Part shown: piece by piece, positions 53,273-64,000 of the stretch
Position numbering within the stretch: position 1 is the first letter of the stretch
Layout of the letters: each line of letters begins with the position of its first letter
Assembly (NCBI RefSeq): GCF_006345805.1
Contig: NC_043001.1
Location: forward strand, 47,926,001 to 47,990,000
Direction: 5' to 3'
Length of the DNA: 64,000 bases
Source: Octopus sinensis
Lineage: Eukaryota
Position numbers and translations under genes: made by a program
The notes under the pieces: generated by a model
Database searches by the model: none
The model's input: only the letters and a program-made list of their open reading frames with translations
What the model was told of the DNA's origin: nothing

Positions 53273-53347
53273 ATCAAATTGTTGTTGTTATTGTTGTTAT
53301 TATTATTATTATTACTACTATTATTATCATCATCATCATCATCATCA

Positions 53348-53414
<67 letters not shown>

Positions 53415-53519
53415 CATTATTATTATTATTATTACTATTATTATTATCATTATTATTATAATTATTATTATTATTTTTATTATTTTTATTATTATTACAT
53501 CGGCACCAGTGCACGACGA

Positions 53520-53900
53520 TAAATTAAGTACCAGTCGTGCTCTGGGGCCTTTTTAATCGACTAGTCCCCGCCCTCTAAATTTCATGCATTGTGCCTTTAG
53601 TATATTGCGGGATTAACTTTACCTTTCATAATTTCGGGGATCGATGAAACAAGTACAAGATGAGCACCACAATTGATGCAATAAACAAATTTTAGCAAAA
53701 GGCAGCAAGCTAGCAGTATCGTTAATGCGTCCATCAAAATGCTTTGGTGCATTTTCTCCGTCTCTTTAGATTTGGATTTCAAATACCGCGGACGTCAACT
53801 TTGACCTTTATCCTTTTGGATAAAGTAGTTTATTTCTGAGTCGATGCAATCGACTAGCCTTCTTCTACATAGAATATCGCTAGCCTTGTGCCAAACTTTG
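53520..53900 (+). mobile_element. Degenerate SINE family A cluster
   Basis: GGCAGCAAGCTAGCAGTATCGTTAA...GATTTCAAATACCGCGGACGTCAAC. Confidence 0.65.
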
Positions 53901-54012
53901 AAACCCTTCTTTTGTGGGACAGTAGATTGACACAATCCGAGAAAATGGCTTTCGAGTGCTTTTTCTGGCTCTAATCCCATCTTTCACTCTCCAAGATCGA
54001 TAACAGAAGTAC

Positions 54013-54127
54013 CTTTCAAATACTGGGTCGTGATCATCAACTGTTCCCTCCCCACTCAGAAATTTAATACTTTGGTGGTGGTATGGTAAAGAGAAAGTGT
54101 TTCGATAATCTATGTTTAGACTTTTGG
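54013..54127 (-). CDS. Candidate internal exon (115 nt, phase 1 to 2), peptide (S)KSLNIDYRNTFSLPYHHQSIKFLSGEGTVDDHDPVFE(R)
   Basis: atgtttag| acceptor, GAAAG|gtactt donor, open frame with protein-like composition in non-repetitive DNA; phase-compatible with both neighbours. Confidence 0.6.
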
Positions 54128-54266
54128 CTAAACATAGATTATCGTGCTGTGTCCAAATATACTGTTTGTCTTGTCTCAAACGATTTTCTACTCTAGCAAT
54201 ATATTTACTGTCTTACAGCTGAGAAGCCAACCTGTTAAAGGGTAATGGATGTCAGAAAATAAGATG

Positions 54267-54347
<81 letters not shown>

Positions 54348-54397
54348 GTAGATAGATAGATGGATAGATAGATAGAAAGACAGACAGACAGACAGTC

Positions 54398-54438
<41 letters not shown>

Positions 54439-54456
54439 CATACATACATACATACA

Positions 54457-54488
<32 letters not shown>

Positions 54489-54944
54489 CATACACACGTA
54501 TGTGTGTGTGTGTGTGCGGTGTGTGTGTAGCTAGTAAACACTTTACTTATGGTGGTCCCTAGCGATTTTCTTTTTGTAACTGAAAGTGTTTTATCCTGCT
54601 TGGAACCAGTCAGGTGTTTATATTGATTACATTTGTAATTCTTAAAATATTATTGTTATAGCTTCGTATATATTGTTTTTCGATTTTAGTCATATATTTT
54701 CCCATTTTATTTTTATTTTACTTGCTGCGTCTGGAGGAGAGGGGGCAGTGCATATGGGCTTCGCAATCGTCTGAGATCGATGACGTTGCAACCTGTAATG
54801 TTTAGCTCAAATTGCTGCAATAGCGAAGGAACTTCATCTACTCAGAGCCTTTACATTGCAGAAAGTCTTCTAGTAACGGTGAACTGCGTATCGTGAAATC
54901 CATTTTCTATTCATTTTCTATGTCATATAGAGGATAGAAGTCGA

Positions 54945-55185
54945 CGGAAATACCTATTTCTTTACTACCCACAAGGGGCTAAACATAGAGAGGACAAACA
55001 AGGACAGACAAAGGGATTAAGTCGATTACATTGACCTCAGTACGTAACTGGTACTTAATTTATCGACCCCGAAAGGATGAATGGTAAAGTCGACCTCGGC
55101 GGAATTTTAACTCAGAACGTTTCGGCAGACGAAATACAGTTACGCATTTCGCCCGGCGTGCTAACGATTCTGCCAGCTCGCCGAC
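54945..55185 (-). mobile_element. SINE family A
   Basis: GGCGAGCTGGCAGAATCGTTAGCACGCCGGGCGAAATGC head on the minus strand. Confidence 0.9.
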
Positions 55186-56239
55186 GGAAATACCGTTCGC
55201 GCCACAGAATCCCACGAGGCAGTAAGATTTATTTTTGCACAACACTCCCACATCGTGGAGAGTGACTGTACTTTACATTATGCTTATATATTCAGTATTC
55301 TACAAGTTACTCTGAGTAAAAATATATCCTTATTTGTGTTTTTTTTTTTTTTTTTGAGTGGGGTCAATTTTATAACCCTATATTCGCGTAAAGCCATTTT
55401 TAACAAAGCAACTGGCCCTGATAAGACCTAATGCAAAGTGTTGTCTTTGACTGTGAGTGAGGTCATCAGATTGTCGGATGCATGCATTTTTGGTCATTCC
55501 GCTTCGTATGTTATGAAAATGAACTCAGTCGCTCACAGCTCAGTTATTTAGACAAGCCTAGGTGGATAATTTTCCCCTGGGATTATTCTTGCAGCGATAG
55601 GTCTTATCATAGCCTATTACATTTGAACATGTTAAACATGACTTTATCGCTTTGTACGATGTTATTTATTATAATCTATATTTTCTTTTCGCATGGATCG
55701 AGTATTAACTTATTCATATGGTATTAAAGTGAAATTAAATAATTAAAACCTATTTCTTCTCGAGTCTTCTACACCTACTGATTAAATTTGGTTATCTAGT
55801 GTATTAATATTTGTTTTTTAGTTTGTTCTTTTTTTTTCTGTGAAAATAAATCTTCTTGAGTATGATGGTAGTTGGTTGTTATTTCCCAGAGATGTTTCTT
55901 TATCTATAGCTTGGGAATTTGAATCCTATTGATCTATGTTGATTGATTTTGTTTCGATCAATTCTGTTTTCCTTATAGTTTCTGTTAGATTTTTAATATT
56001 ATTATTGCTGACTCCGCATATTTCGTTATGATATGATGTGATATTATTCTGTTTGTTCTCTTTTATATATGTTAGGCCGAGAGTAGATATTTGTTGAAGC
56101 TAGATATATTTCAATATTTGCGTGTAATCATATGTTCTCATCATTCACATTTGGGATTTCTTTATTATTGTGTATCAGTTATTTTATGTTTTGTCGAGAA
56201 ATTATTTGTTCCGTGCGTGGTCAGCTCTGTTGTATTGTT

Positions 56240-56680
56240 GGACTTTTGTCTATTATTTTTGACAACGTGTCTACACATATGTATGCGGGCATAAGGAAGA
56301 TTTTCAGCAGATTGTTTTTAAAAGAAGATTACCAGTTACTATGCATGTGCAACAGATTGTTCCTCGAATTCCATGTTACAATATCTCTGAATTTGCATTT
56401 GGTTAAAATTAACATATTAGGTAATTTTTATCACGTCTCCTGACATAATACAGCCAATCAAGTTGGTAGTGGCTGCAAATGACGTTGGCAACAGCAAAGG
56501 AAATGTTATAGTTTTCACGCGAAAATATAAAAAGTACTTTCTTGAAGATTATTGCGTACCTCCCACCATCTCCCCCAACCTGGAGCAAAGTGTGGCTGAA
56601 ATTGGGTTCTTGGAGAATTACAAATGATCGCCTTATCTGGGACAATAAAAATATGCAAGATCTTAAGATATAAAGTTTGA
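56240..56680 (+). mobile_element. Possible decayed L1-like fragment
   Basis: YVCGHKEDFQQIVF...IPCYNISEFAFG...LATAKEML resembles the post-zinc-knuckle region; many stops. Confidence 0.35.
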
Positions 56681-56944
56681 TGAACAAAACAAATGCTTTC
56701 CTTCGTAACCTTGCTATTAAGCTGGTAACCGGTCTAAATTTACTTCAAACTAAAAAGAGAGAAGGGCATTCATACATACATACATACATACATACATACA
56801 TACATACATACATACATACATACATACATACAACATACATACATACATACACGCACACACATACATACATACATACAAACATACATTCATACATACATAC
56901 ATACATACATACATACATACATACATACATACATACATACATAC

Positions 56945-57590
56945 ATACATACATTTCAATCCAGGAACAGGAGATTGTCACAGAGTACCTGGTGAACAAG
57001 AGAGACAGTGACACTCTTGTAATCCCAAGGTGTAACCGCATGTTTAGACTATGTCATGTTTCTGTAGAAGACATCAGTCATGTGGTTAGCAGCTGTTCTA
57101 AAATGTCACCACGGTACTACCTTCCTGTGCGGCATGATGTTGTTGCTAAAACAATTTACAATGCCATCCGCAAAAGAGACCGTCCAGAAATAAACTTAGA
57201 AAATCCCTCTCTTATGGAATACATTCATAAACACCAACTCAAGGAATACTGGTGGAATATCCCCATCAAAACTTGTCAAATGTAGACATAAGCTGGATAT
57301 TGTTGTTTGGGACAGAGGGGAAAAGGTATGTACCATCGAAAGAGAGAATATCTATGGACAACTGCTTCAAAACCTCCAGCTTCTATATCCAGACTATGAA
57401 TTCATATCCATACCAATAAGAATTGGAGAACTAGGTTTTGTTAGTAAATGCTTAAAGGAGAATCTGGATTAACTAGAATTTTCAGAAAGAGAAATCGACT
57501 GGCTAATTCGTACATTACAAGTGCAATCTGTGAATGGAACAGTAAAAATATGCAAGACGTTTCTCAAGTTCCAAACGTGAATTTGTATGT
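56945..57590 (+). mobile_element. R4/Dong-type 3' fragment
   Basis: IQEQEI...CRLC...EDISHVVSSC...RHDVVAKTIY...WWNIPIKT, LQLLYPDYEF.F.PIIIGELG. Confidence 0.8.
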
Positions 57591-57849
57591 GGATGGAGTC
57601 TTGTATCTTTGTTGGAAACCGGCTCCCTCCTCAGTGGAGGACATATAACAATTAAAAAATAGAAGAGACATACATACATACATACATGCATACAAGCATA
57701 CATGTATGTGTATGCATCCATCGATCCGTACATACATACGCAATAAAAGAGACGTACAATAAATACCCTTTCTTACTCAATTATATAATTATTCGAATCC
57801 GTTTATCTGTATCGTGTTCTCTAAGAATACGGCTGGGTGATGGCTCGAG

Positions 57850-58260
57850 TTGGTTTACTACATCCCAAATGATCACGGCGGTTGAAAATATGTCTCACAA
57901 AGATGGGCACTGACTGAGGCATTGTTCGGAGAGTTGCCGGGGACATCACGAGCAAATATCGACAAATAGTCGATGCAGCGATGCGTTGCAACGGCACGTC
58001 CTCCCATACTTGACCTGACCTGGTTATCGGCCGAGTCGATCAAGAAAATCGCGCCAAGGTAAAGCAGTGTTTTTCTGCCTGGCAACTATAGTGAAACAGG
58101 TTGTATGGTAGAAGACGCTGACAGACATTTTCCTCTTTGTTGAAGGGTAAAATAGGGTAAAAATGTGTCAGATGAAGGGAGATTAAGATGAAGTTACTTG
58201 TGGATGGAACACGATTAGTCATGCACCTTTAGGTCGGCGAGTACTTGTTGGATATTATAC
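57850..58260 (+). mobile_element. L1/Tx1-like LINE ORF2 C-terminal fragment
   Basis: SRCSDALQRHVL...SRQGKAVFFCLATIVKQVVW, with stops. Confidence 0.55.
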
Positions 58261-58425
58261 TTACTGTTGGTGGTCAGTGTAACTTTAGGACTTTAGGATT
58301 CCTCAATTGGCCCTTGATGGCAGTGCGCCTGTGTCAGGAAGAATATGTTATGTTTGTTTACACGATTATGTATATTATGTATACTTATTATCTTCTTTTC
58401 TTTTCCTAACTCCTCACACTATTAA

Positions 58426-58922
58426 ACGAGGAGGAACCCAAAAGTAACCGGAAATATTCTCGACGTTAGAAGCCATTTGATGCGACGCTTAAACGTCAGT
58501 CTGCCGACCGGCGTCTTCCCTTGTGGTCCTACTGCCACGTGGTACGTCGTTGTTTTGCAGTGCTTCTCCCCTGTTCGTCGATTTTTGCAATGGCGGAAGA
58601 GAAGGAAAAACGTGCTGCCGTGAAATTCTGTTTTCAGTTGGGGAAAACGGCGGCCGAAACTGTTGTCATGGTTCAAACAGCTTACAAGGACGCTGACATG
58701 AGCAAAACAGAAGTTAACGAGTGGTTTTCACGCTTTAGGAATGGTCACTTGTCACCTGAAGACCAACCTCGTTCAGGGCGTCCGTCGATCTCCTAATCGA
58801 ATGAAAACATCATGAAAATTCATGAACTGATCTTGGTGGACTGTCACCGAACTTGTGTAAACATGTAAAGCTAAGCGAATTAAATAATATAGCAAAATTA
58901 CGATTTCTTTTTGGGTACCCCC
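58426..58922 (+). mobile_element. Internally deleted mariner, same family as 17700-18382
   Basis: TIR ACGAGGAGGAACCC...GGGTACCCCC|TA; MAEEKEKRAAVKFCFQLGKTAAET...EWFSRFRNG...PRSGRPS. Confidence 0.8.
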
Positions 58923-59021
58923 TATTATAGACTGCCATTCTGTATGACTAGTTGTGATGTTTTTTTATCTGATGCCTCCATATCAAATAGATAGATAGAT
59001 AGATAGATAGATAGTAGTAGT

Positions 59022-59083
<62 letters not shown>

Positions 59084-59099
59084 ATAGTAGTAGTAGTAG

Positions 59100-59130
<31 letters not shown>

Positions 59131-59498
59131 AGTAATAGTAGTAGCAGCAGCAGTGGTAAGTTATTGTTATTATCATTGTTGTTGTTGTTGTTACAACCAT
59201 CTCCATCATCACCATCATCTTCATTTTCATCTTCATCATCAGTGAAAGGATTGCATAACCGAAGACTGTGCTTAAAAAAATATATATATTCCACTGTACT
59301 ATAATCTTGGAAGATTCTGTGTGCCATTAATGTGTTATAACTTTACCAAATGCAATTACAATTTGCAGCGTAAAAAAAACAAAACAAGAAAAGCATTCGT
59401 ACTCCTTTTGTTTCTGGATGTGGATAAAATACAAGTTAGAAATGTCAACTACCCATATTTATTGCATATTTTGGAAATTTATAAACAGCATATCATAC

Positions 59499-59530
59499 AA
59501 TATATGTCTTCAAATTCTTCAATAGCAAAG
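59499..59530 (-). CDS. Candidate internal exon (32 nt, phase 2 to 1), peptide FAIEEFEDIY, of an unidentified host gene
   Basis: Minus strand tctaacag|CTTTGCTATTGAAGAATTTGAAGACATATATT|gtatga; open frame; phase matches the 54127 exon (T|CC = Ser). Confidence 0.45.
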
Positions 59531-59677
59531 CTGTTAGATATTTAGCAGAAATATACGCTTTCGAATTGTATGAAATCTCATTAACATATAATATTGCAAT
59601 AAATATTCTCAGCTTGAAACATCTGCAGATGTCATATCCAATTTAATGTATATCTGCTATCGGATCGTTGTTGTTAC

Positions 59678-60340
59678 GGCGGCGAACTGGCAGAGCTGCT
59701 AACGTTTTGGAGTGAATACCTCAAGTATTCTTTGTTTTTGTTTTTTAGGGGGGTTTTTTTGTCATCATTGTTCCAACTCACTGCGATGTGAGCTTAAATC
59801 CCGGTTGAGGTCAAATTTGCATTTCATTATTCCAAAGTCGAGAAAAAACATAATAATCTAGGGCGGCGGATTAATAGTAAGGTTAGACAATCGGATGAGT
59901 TATTATTTTTTTCTTTTTTGCATCTTGTAAGTAACGAATCCAGTAACACTACCGCAAATCTATGTCGACACAAATTGTCGACCGTTCTCTTGACTAAACA
60001 TCTATGGCATAGACAGGGCAAACTTATATGCACAAGCAACAGCAAGTCTTCCTCAGAAAATCTTGCCCAGGCATGCATATGTATGCGTATATGCTCGGAC
60101 ATCATCGATCGGCGGAGAAGGTATACTATTGTTGTCACGACTAAAGGCTAACTAGCAGAATCGTTAGCACGCCAGACAAAATATGCTTAGCTGCATTTCA
60201 ACTGAATTATGTTCTAATTTAAAATGCCATTGAGGTCGATTTTTGCCTTTTATCGATAAAATAATAAGTACCAGGTTAACATTGGAGTTGATGTAATCAG
60301 CTTGAACTTACCCGAAAAATATCAGGTCCTGAACCTATAG
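59678..60340 (+). mobile_element. Two degenerate SINE family A copies (59678-59870, 60145-60340) separated by unique DNA
   Basis: GGCGGCGAACTGGCAGAG and GGCTAACTAGCAGAATCGTTAGCACGCC heads. Confidence 0.7.
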
Positions 60341-60462
60341 TAGTAAGAAAAAAATGCTATAGGCGCAGGCGTAGCTATGTAGTAAGAAGCTTGCTTCCCA
60401 ACCACATAGTTTCGGATTCAGTTCCACTGCGTGGTACTTAGGGAAAGTGTCTTCTACTACAG

Positions 60463-60811
<349 letters not shown>

Positions 60812-60830
60812 TCATATATATATGTATATA

Positions 60831-62540
60831 CACTACCGTCAGAAATTAATTAGCACCCTTGATTTGCTCTTCACTCAAGGTATTTGCTGTCACCTAGTGG
60901 CCATATCTCGAACTATTGCTTTGTTGCGAGTTCACTGTTGCGCAGAACGATGACGTAACTTTGTTTGCAGAGCGGTTTGAGAGTCTACAGCCTAATGATG
61001 TTGACATAGCAGTGCAACAACAACTTGGAGTGCGGATGCAGACAAATCTTCCTTTGTTTAATAGATATAGGTAGCGCTTCGCAAGGACCGAAATCACACC
61101 GTACTAAGTTTTCTCATCGCGTAAGACGTTTTGAACAGCTTGTAGGTTAATTGATTTGTGTATTTGCAAGATTTTTTTTCCTCACAAATTCTCCTACACT
61201 CTGCTTGGTGACGTTACTTCCGGTTCACAAAACTTTCTGTTATACATCAAATAAGGTGAGAAATTCTGCCTTCTTTCTTTTTTGTTTAATGAATAATAAC
61301 TCATAGCAGTTTTGTTATAGCATAACATTATTCAAATGAATAGTTTTAATGAAAATAACTGGTTTTTATCGTTCATTCCTAGATGGGCCCAAGACCTCGC
61401 ATGAACTTGGAGAGATGGTACGAGGCTCTCTCGTGGCGTGGGAAGCTGTCGGAGGTTGCAATAGCCAGAATACTTGGTGTAGCCAGGCGCACAATTCAGT
61501 GCTTATTTAAGAAATACGAGGAAACCGGATCAGCAGCTGACAAAAAGGGTAGGGGACGGAAGAGGCTGACGACCCAGCGGGAGGACCGGATGCTGATCCG
61601 AAAGTCACTGTACAACCGAAGGGTAACGAGCCGGCAACTGGCGGAGGAGATGCAAAATATGACAGGGAAGCAGTTGTCTACAACCACCGTCAAGACCAGA
61701 TTACTGGAAGCTGGTCTAAAATCCTGTAGGGCAACCCGTAAGCCGCCCCTTACAGCCCAAAACCGGAAGAGGCGGCTGCTCTGGGCCTGTGCCCACAGGA
61801 CATGGACCGTGCAGCAGTGGCGGACAGTGATGTTCACTGACGAGTCGCGATTCAGTCTCGTCAGTGACAAGCCTGTCCATGTGCGACGCCGCAGGGGTGA
61901 GCGCTTCAACAAAGACTGCATTGCTCCCAACATGAAGCAAGGTGGGGGTGGTCTGATGGTGTGAGGGGCGTTCAGCTACAGTGGTGTTGGGCGGCTCTAT
62001 GCCGTCGAAGGCAACATCAACGCAGCAAAGTACGTTGAGATAGTACGGGATACCACTTTGGTGGCGAAGAGTACTGCTCCAGCAGGACAATGCGCCTTCC
62101 CACACAGCCAAGCTCACAACCGGTTTCTTCAAGGACCATGGGGTGACGGTCATGGACTGGCCTGGCCAGTCACCTGACCTGAACCCTATTGAGAACCTCT
62201 GGAGTCGATTGGGTAGGGATTTGAATGTGCAACAATACAGGAACCGACACGAGCTGTTTGGGGCACTTCTTGCTGCATGGGGGGCCATCCCTGCACAGTA
62301 CCTGCAGGCACTCATAGACAGCATGCTGACCCGCGTAGCAGCTGTCATTGCTGCCAAAGGAGGAGCAACAAGATATTGACTAAATTTCACGATTAATAAC
62401 AATTATGTGGTGTGCTGGGATATGTTTTAATAAATTTTTGATTAAAAACGAGTTCGGTTCTGATAATAAGTTAATTAAATTAAGAAAATGTAAGAAAATT
62501 TAGAAATTTGAGAAGTGCTAATTAATTTCCGACGCAATTG
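60831..62540 (+). mobile_element. Near-intact Tc1 (DD34E) transposon; ORF 61383-62379 broken by one stop and one frameshift
   Basis: TA-flanked TIRs CACTACCGTCAGAAATTAATTAGCAC / CAATTGCGTCGGAAATTAATTAGCAC; GRKR, FTDESRF, QQDNAPSH...WPGQSPDLNPIE (34 spacing), GGATRY*. Confidence 0.93.
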
Positions 62541-62559
62541 TATATATATATATATATAT

Positions 62560-62660
<101 letters not shown>

Positions 62661-62754
62661 CAGACATGCTTTATCCTTGTGCCGGTTCTAAACAGTTCCT
62701 CAATTTAAACTAAAGTTTTGGGAGTATAGATATAGATGAATATAGATATGATTT

Positions 62755-62862
62755 TGCGTCAAAGAATAAGTCCTGGGGTCGATTTGTTCGACTAAAACCG
62801 TTGAAAGCGGAGCTCCAGCATGGCCACCGTCGAATGACTGAAATAAGTTAAAAAATAAAAGA
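62755..62862 (+). mobile_element. SINE family B 3' part
   Basis: AAAGAATAAGTCCTGGGGTCGATTTGTTCGAC...CTCCAGCATGGCC. Confidence 0.8.
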
Positions 62863-63320
62863 ATATCCACCATCTCCGCGACGGTGGAGGTAGCAGTGGC
62901 GGCGGCGGCGGCGGCGGCGGGTGTGGTGGTGCCTGTGATAAGTACGAATTATGTTGATGATGATGATGATGATGATGATGATGACGAAGTTCAATGCCGG
63001 CGTCATCCTCCACCTCATCGGCCGCAGAGATCATGAGCTAACTAAAGATCTACTTCTAGGCAATTGTTTGACTTGTTAAAAAAAACCTCCCTTCAAATTG
63101 CACATACCCTTTAGTCTATTAACAAGGATTGTAGTCCCACACAAAATATGTCCAAATAAAAGACAGGAAAATGACGACTAGATCACCCTTGGTCATAGGT
63201 CTACTGTATTTGTTCTAACCTTAGAGTGAAGCAACAATAACAACAGTGTTAATTATAGAGAGAATAAGAGTATGACATAATTCAGGAAATAGCACTTTCC
63301 ATGAAATATAGTCGAGCTAC

Positions 63321-63379
63321 CCTGGAGATTTTATATGACAATAATGGTGTATTTCTTTTGGTATGGAATAGTTGAAACG
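63321..63379 (-). CDS. Weak candidate upstream exon (59 nt, phase 0 to 2), peptide RFNYSIPKEIHHYCHIKSP(G)
   Basis: cgcttccttacag| acceptor, weak CAGG|gtagct donor; phase fits the 59530 exon. Confidence 0.22.
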
Positions 63380-63634
63380 CTGTAAGGAAGCGGTTTGACA
63401 GTCGGTGCATAAATTCCGGTCTCTTTGGTGCCAAGTAGTCAGCGGGTAAATCTCAATTATATCCTATCACATGGATATGACGTCAATCTAGTGAAGCTTT
63501 CGTAAATTTCTCCGCTCTGGAATATAATCTACAATGTGATATGTCTGAAAATAAAGCAGCCAAATACAGGATGGGGCCAAAATGAATTATATATACGTAT
63601 ATTCTCACTACCTTTGCTTTATTATTAGCAACAA

Positions 63635-63723
<89 letters not shown>

Positions 63724-63744
63724 GTAATAATAATAAAATGCATT

Positions 63745-64000
63745 CTAATCTGCTTATCAGTACCAACACATGACAATGCATCTCTAAAAGAAACGGAGAA
63801 ACTAGCAAAATACAAAGATCTGGAGATAGAGGTAACTCAAATGTGAAGCCTAAAAACAGAAACAGCTCTTATAATAGTAGGTGTATTAGGTATGATAAAA
63901 AAAAGCATTCAAATATATGACCAAAAGACCAGGACATACAAATGTATATAACATAGAGCAAATAGCATTACTAAGCACCATGCACATCCTACGTAAAGCA
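63745..64000 (+). mobile_element. R4/Dong-type RLE C-terminal fragment
   Basis: KETEKLAKYKDLEIEVTQM*SLKTET..IIVGVLGMIK; begins after (TAA)n. Confidence 0.75.

Noticed and set aside
55419-55609. 12-bp inverted repeat TGATAAGACCTA about 170 bp apart
   Set aside because: Short and with no clear TSD; could be chance or a very old MITE.
60894-61097. Antisense 67-aa ORF in the Tc1 leader as a passenger gene
   Set aside because: Short, no motif, and within chance expectation.

Overview
AT-rich, microsatellite-saturated animal DNA. The SINE families and repeats look like an octopus (coleoid cephalopod) genome; that assignment is my inference. Most of the window is decayed mobile DNA: four tRNA-headed SINE families; Tc1/mariner elements of the DD34E, DD34D, DD37D and DD41D types; about eight fragments of R4/Dong-type RLE retrotransposons sitting in (TAA)n tracts, plus a ~550-bp non-coding element with the same target; Penelope-like (GIY-YIG) fragments; L1/Tx1 and Jockey-like fragments; an Academ-like transposase remnant; and a Helitron nested in a pogo-type MITE. 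Nearly all ORFs in the supplied track are microsatellite or antisense artefacts. Manual splice-site reading gives a tentative minus-strand host gene with phase-compatible small exons at 59499-59530, 54013-54127, 43388-43413 and 43117-43244; I do not recognise the product. Best leads: (1) a core-intact type I hammerhead ribozyme at 37363-37458 (-) and a second one inside a young, non-coding, partially tandem 553-bp element at 15898-16543, plus several decayed hammerheads; (2) a perfect 17-bp intron-exon duplex over the 54127 splice acceptor; (3) an H-type pseudoknot at 7784-7824; (4) several long foldbacks. No CRISPR array, rRNA or true tRNA gene was seen. All calls were made by eye without searches or folding programs.
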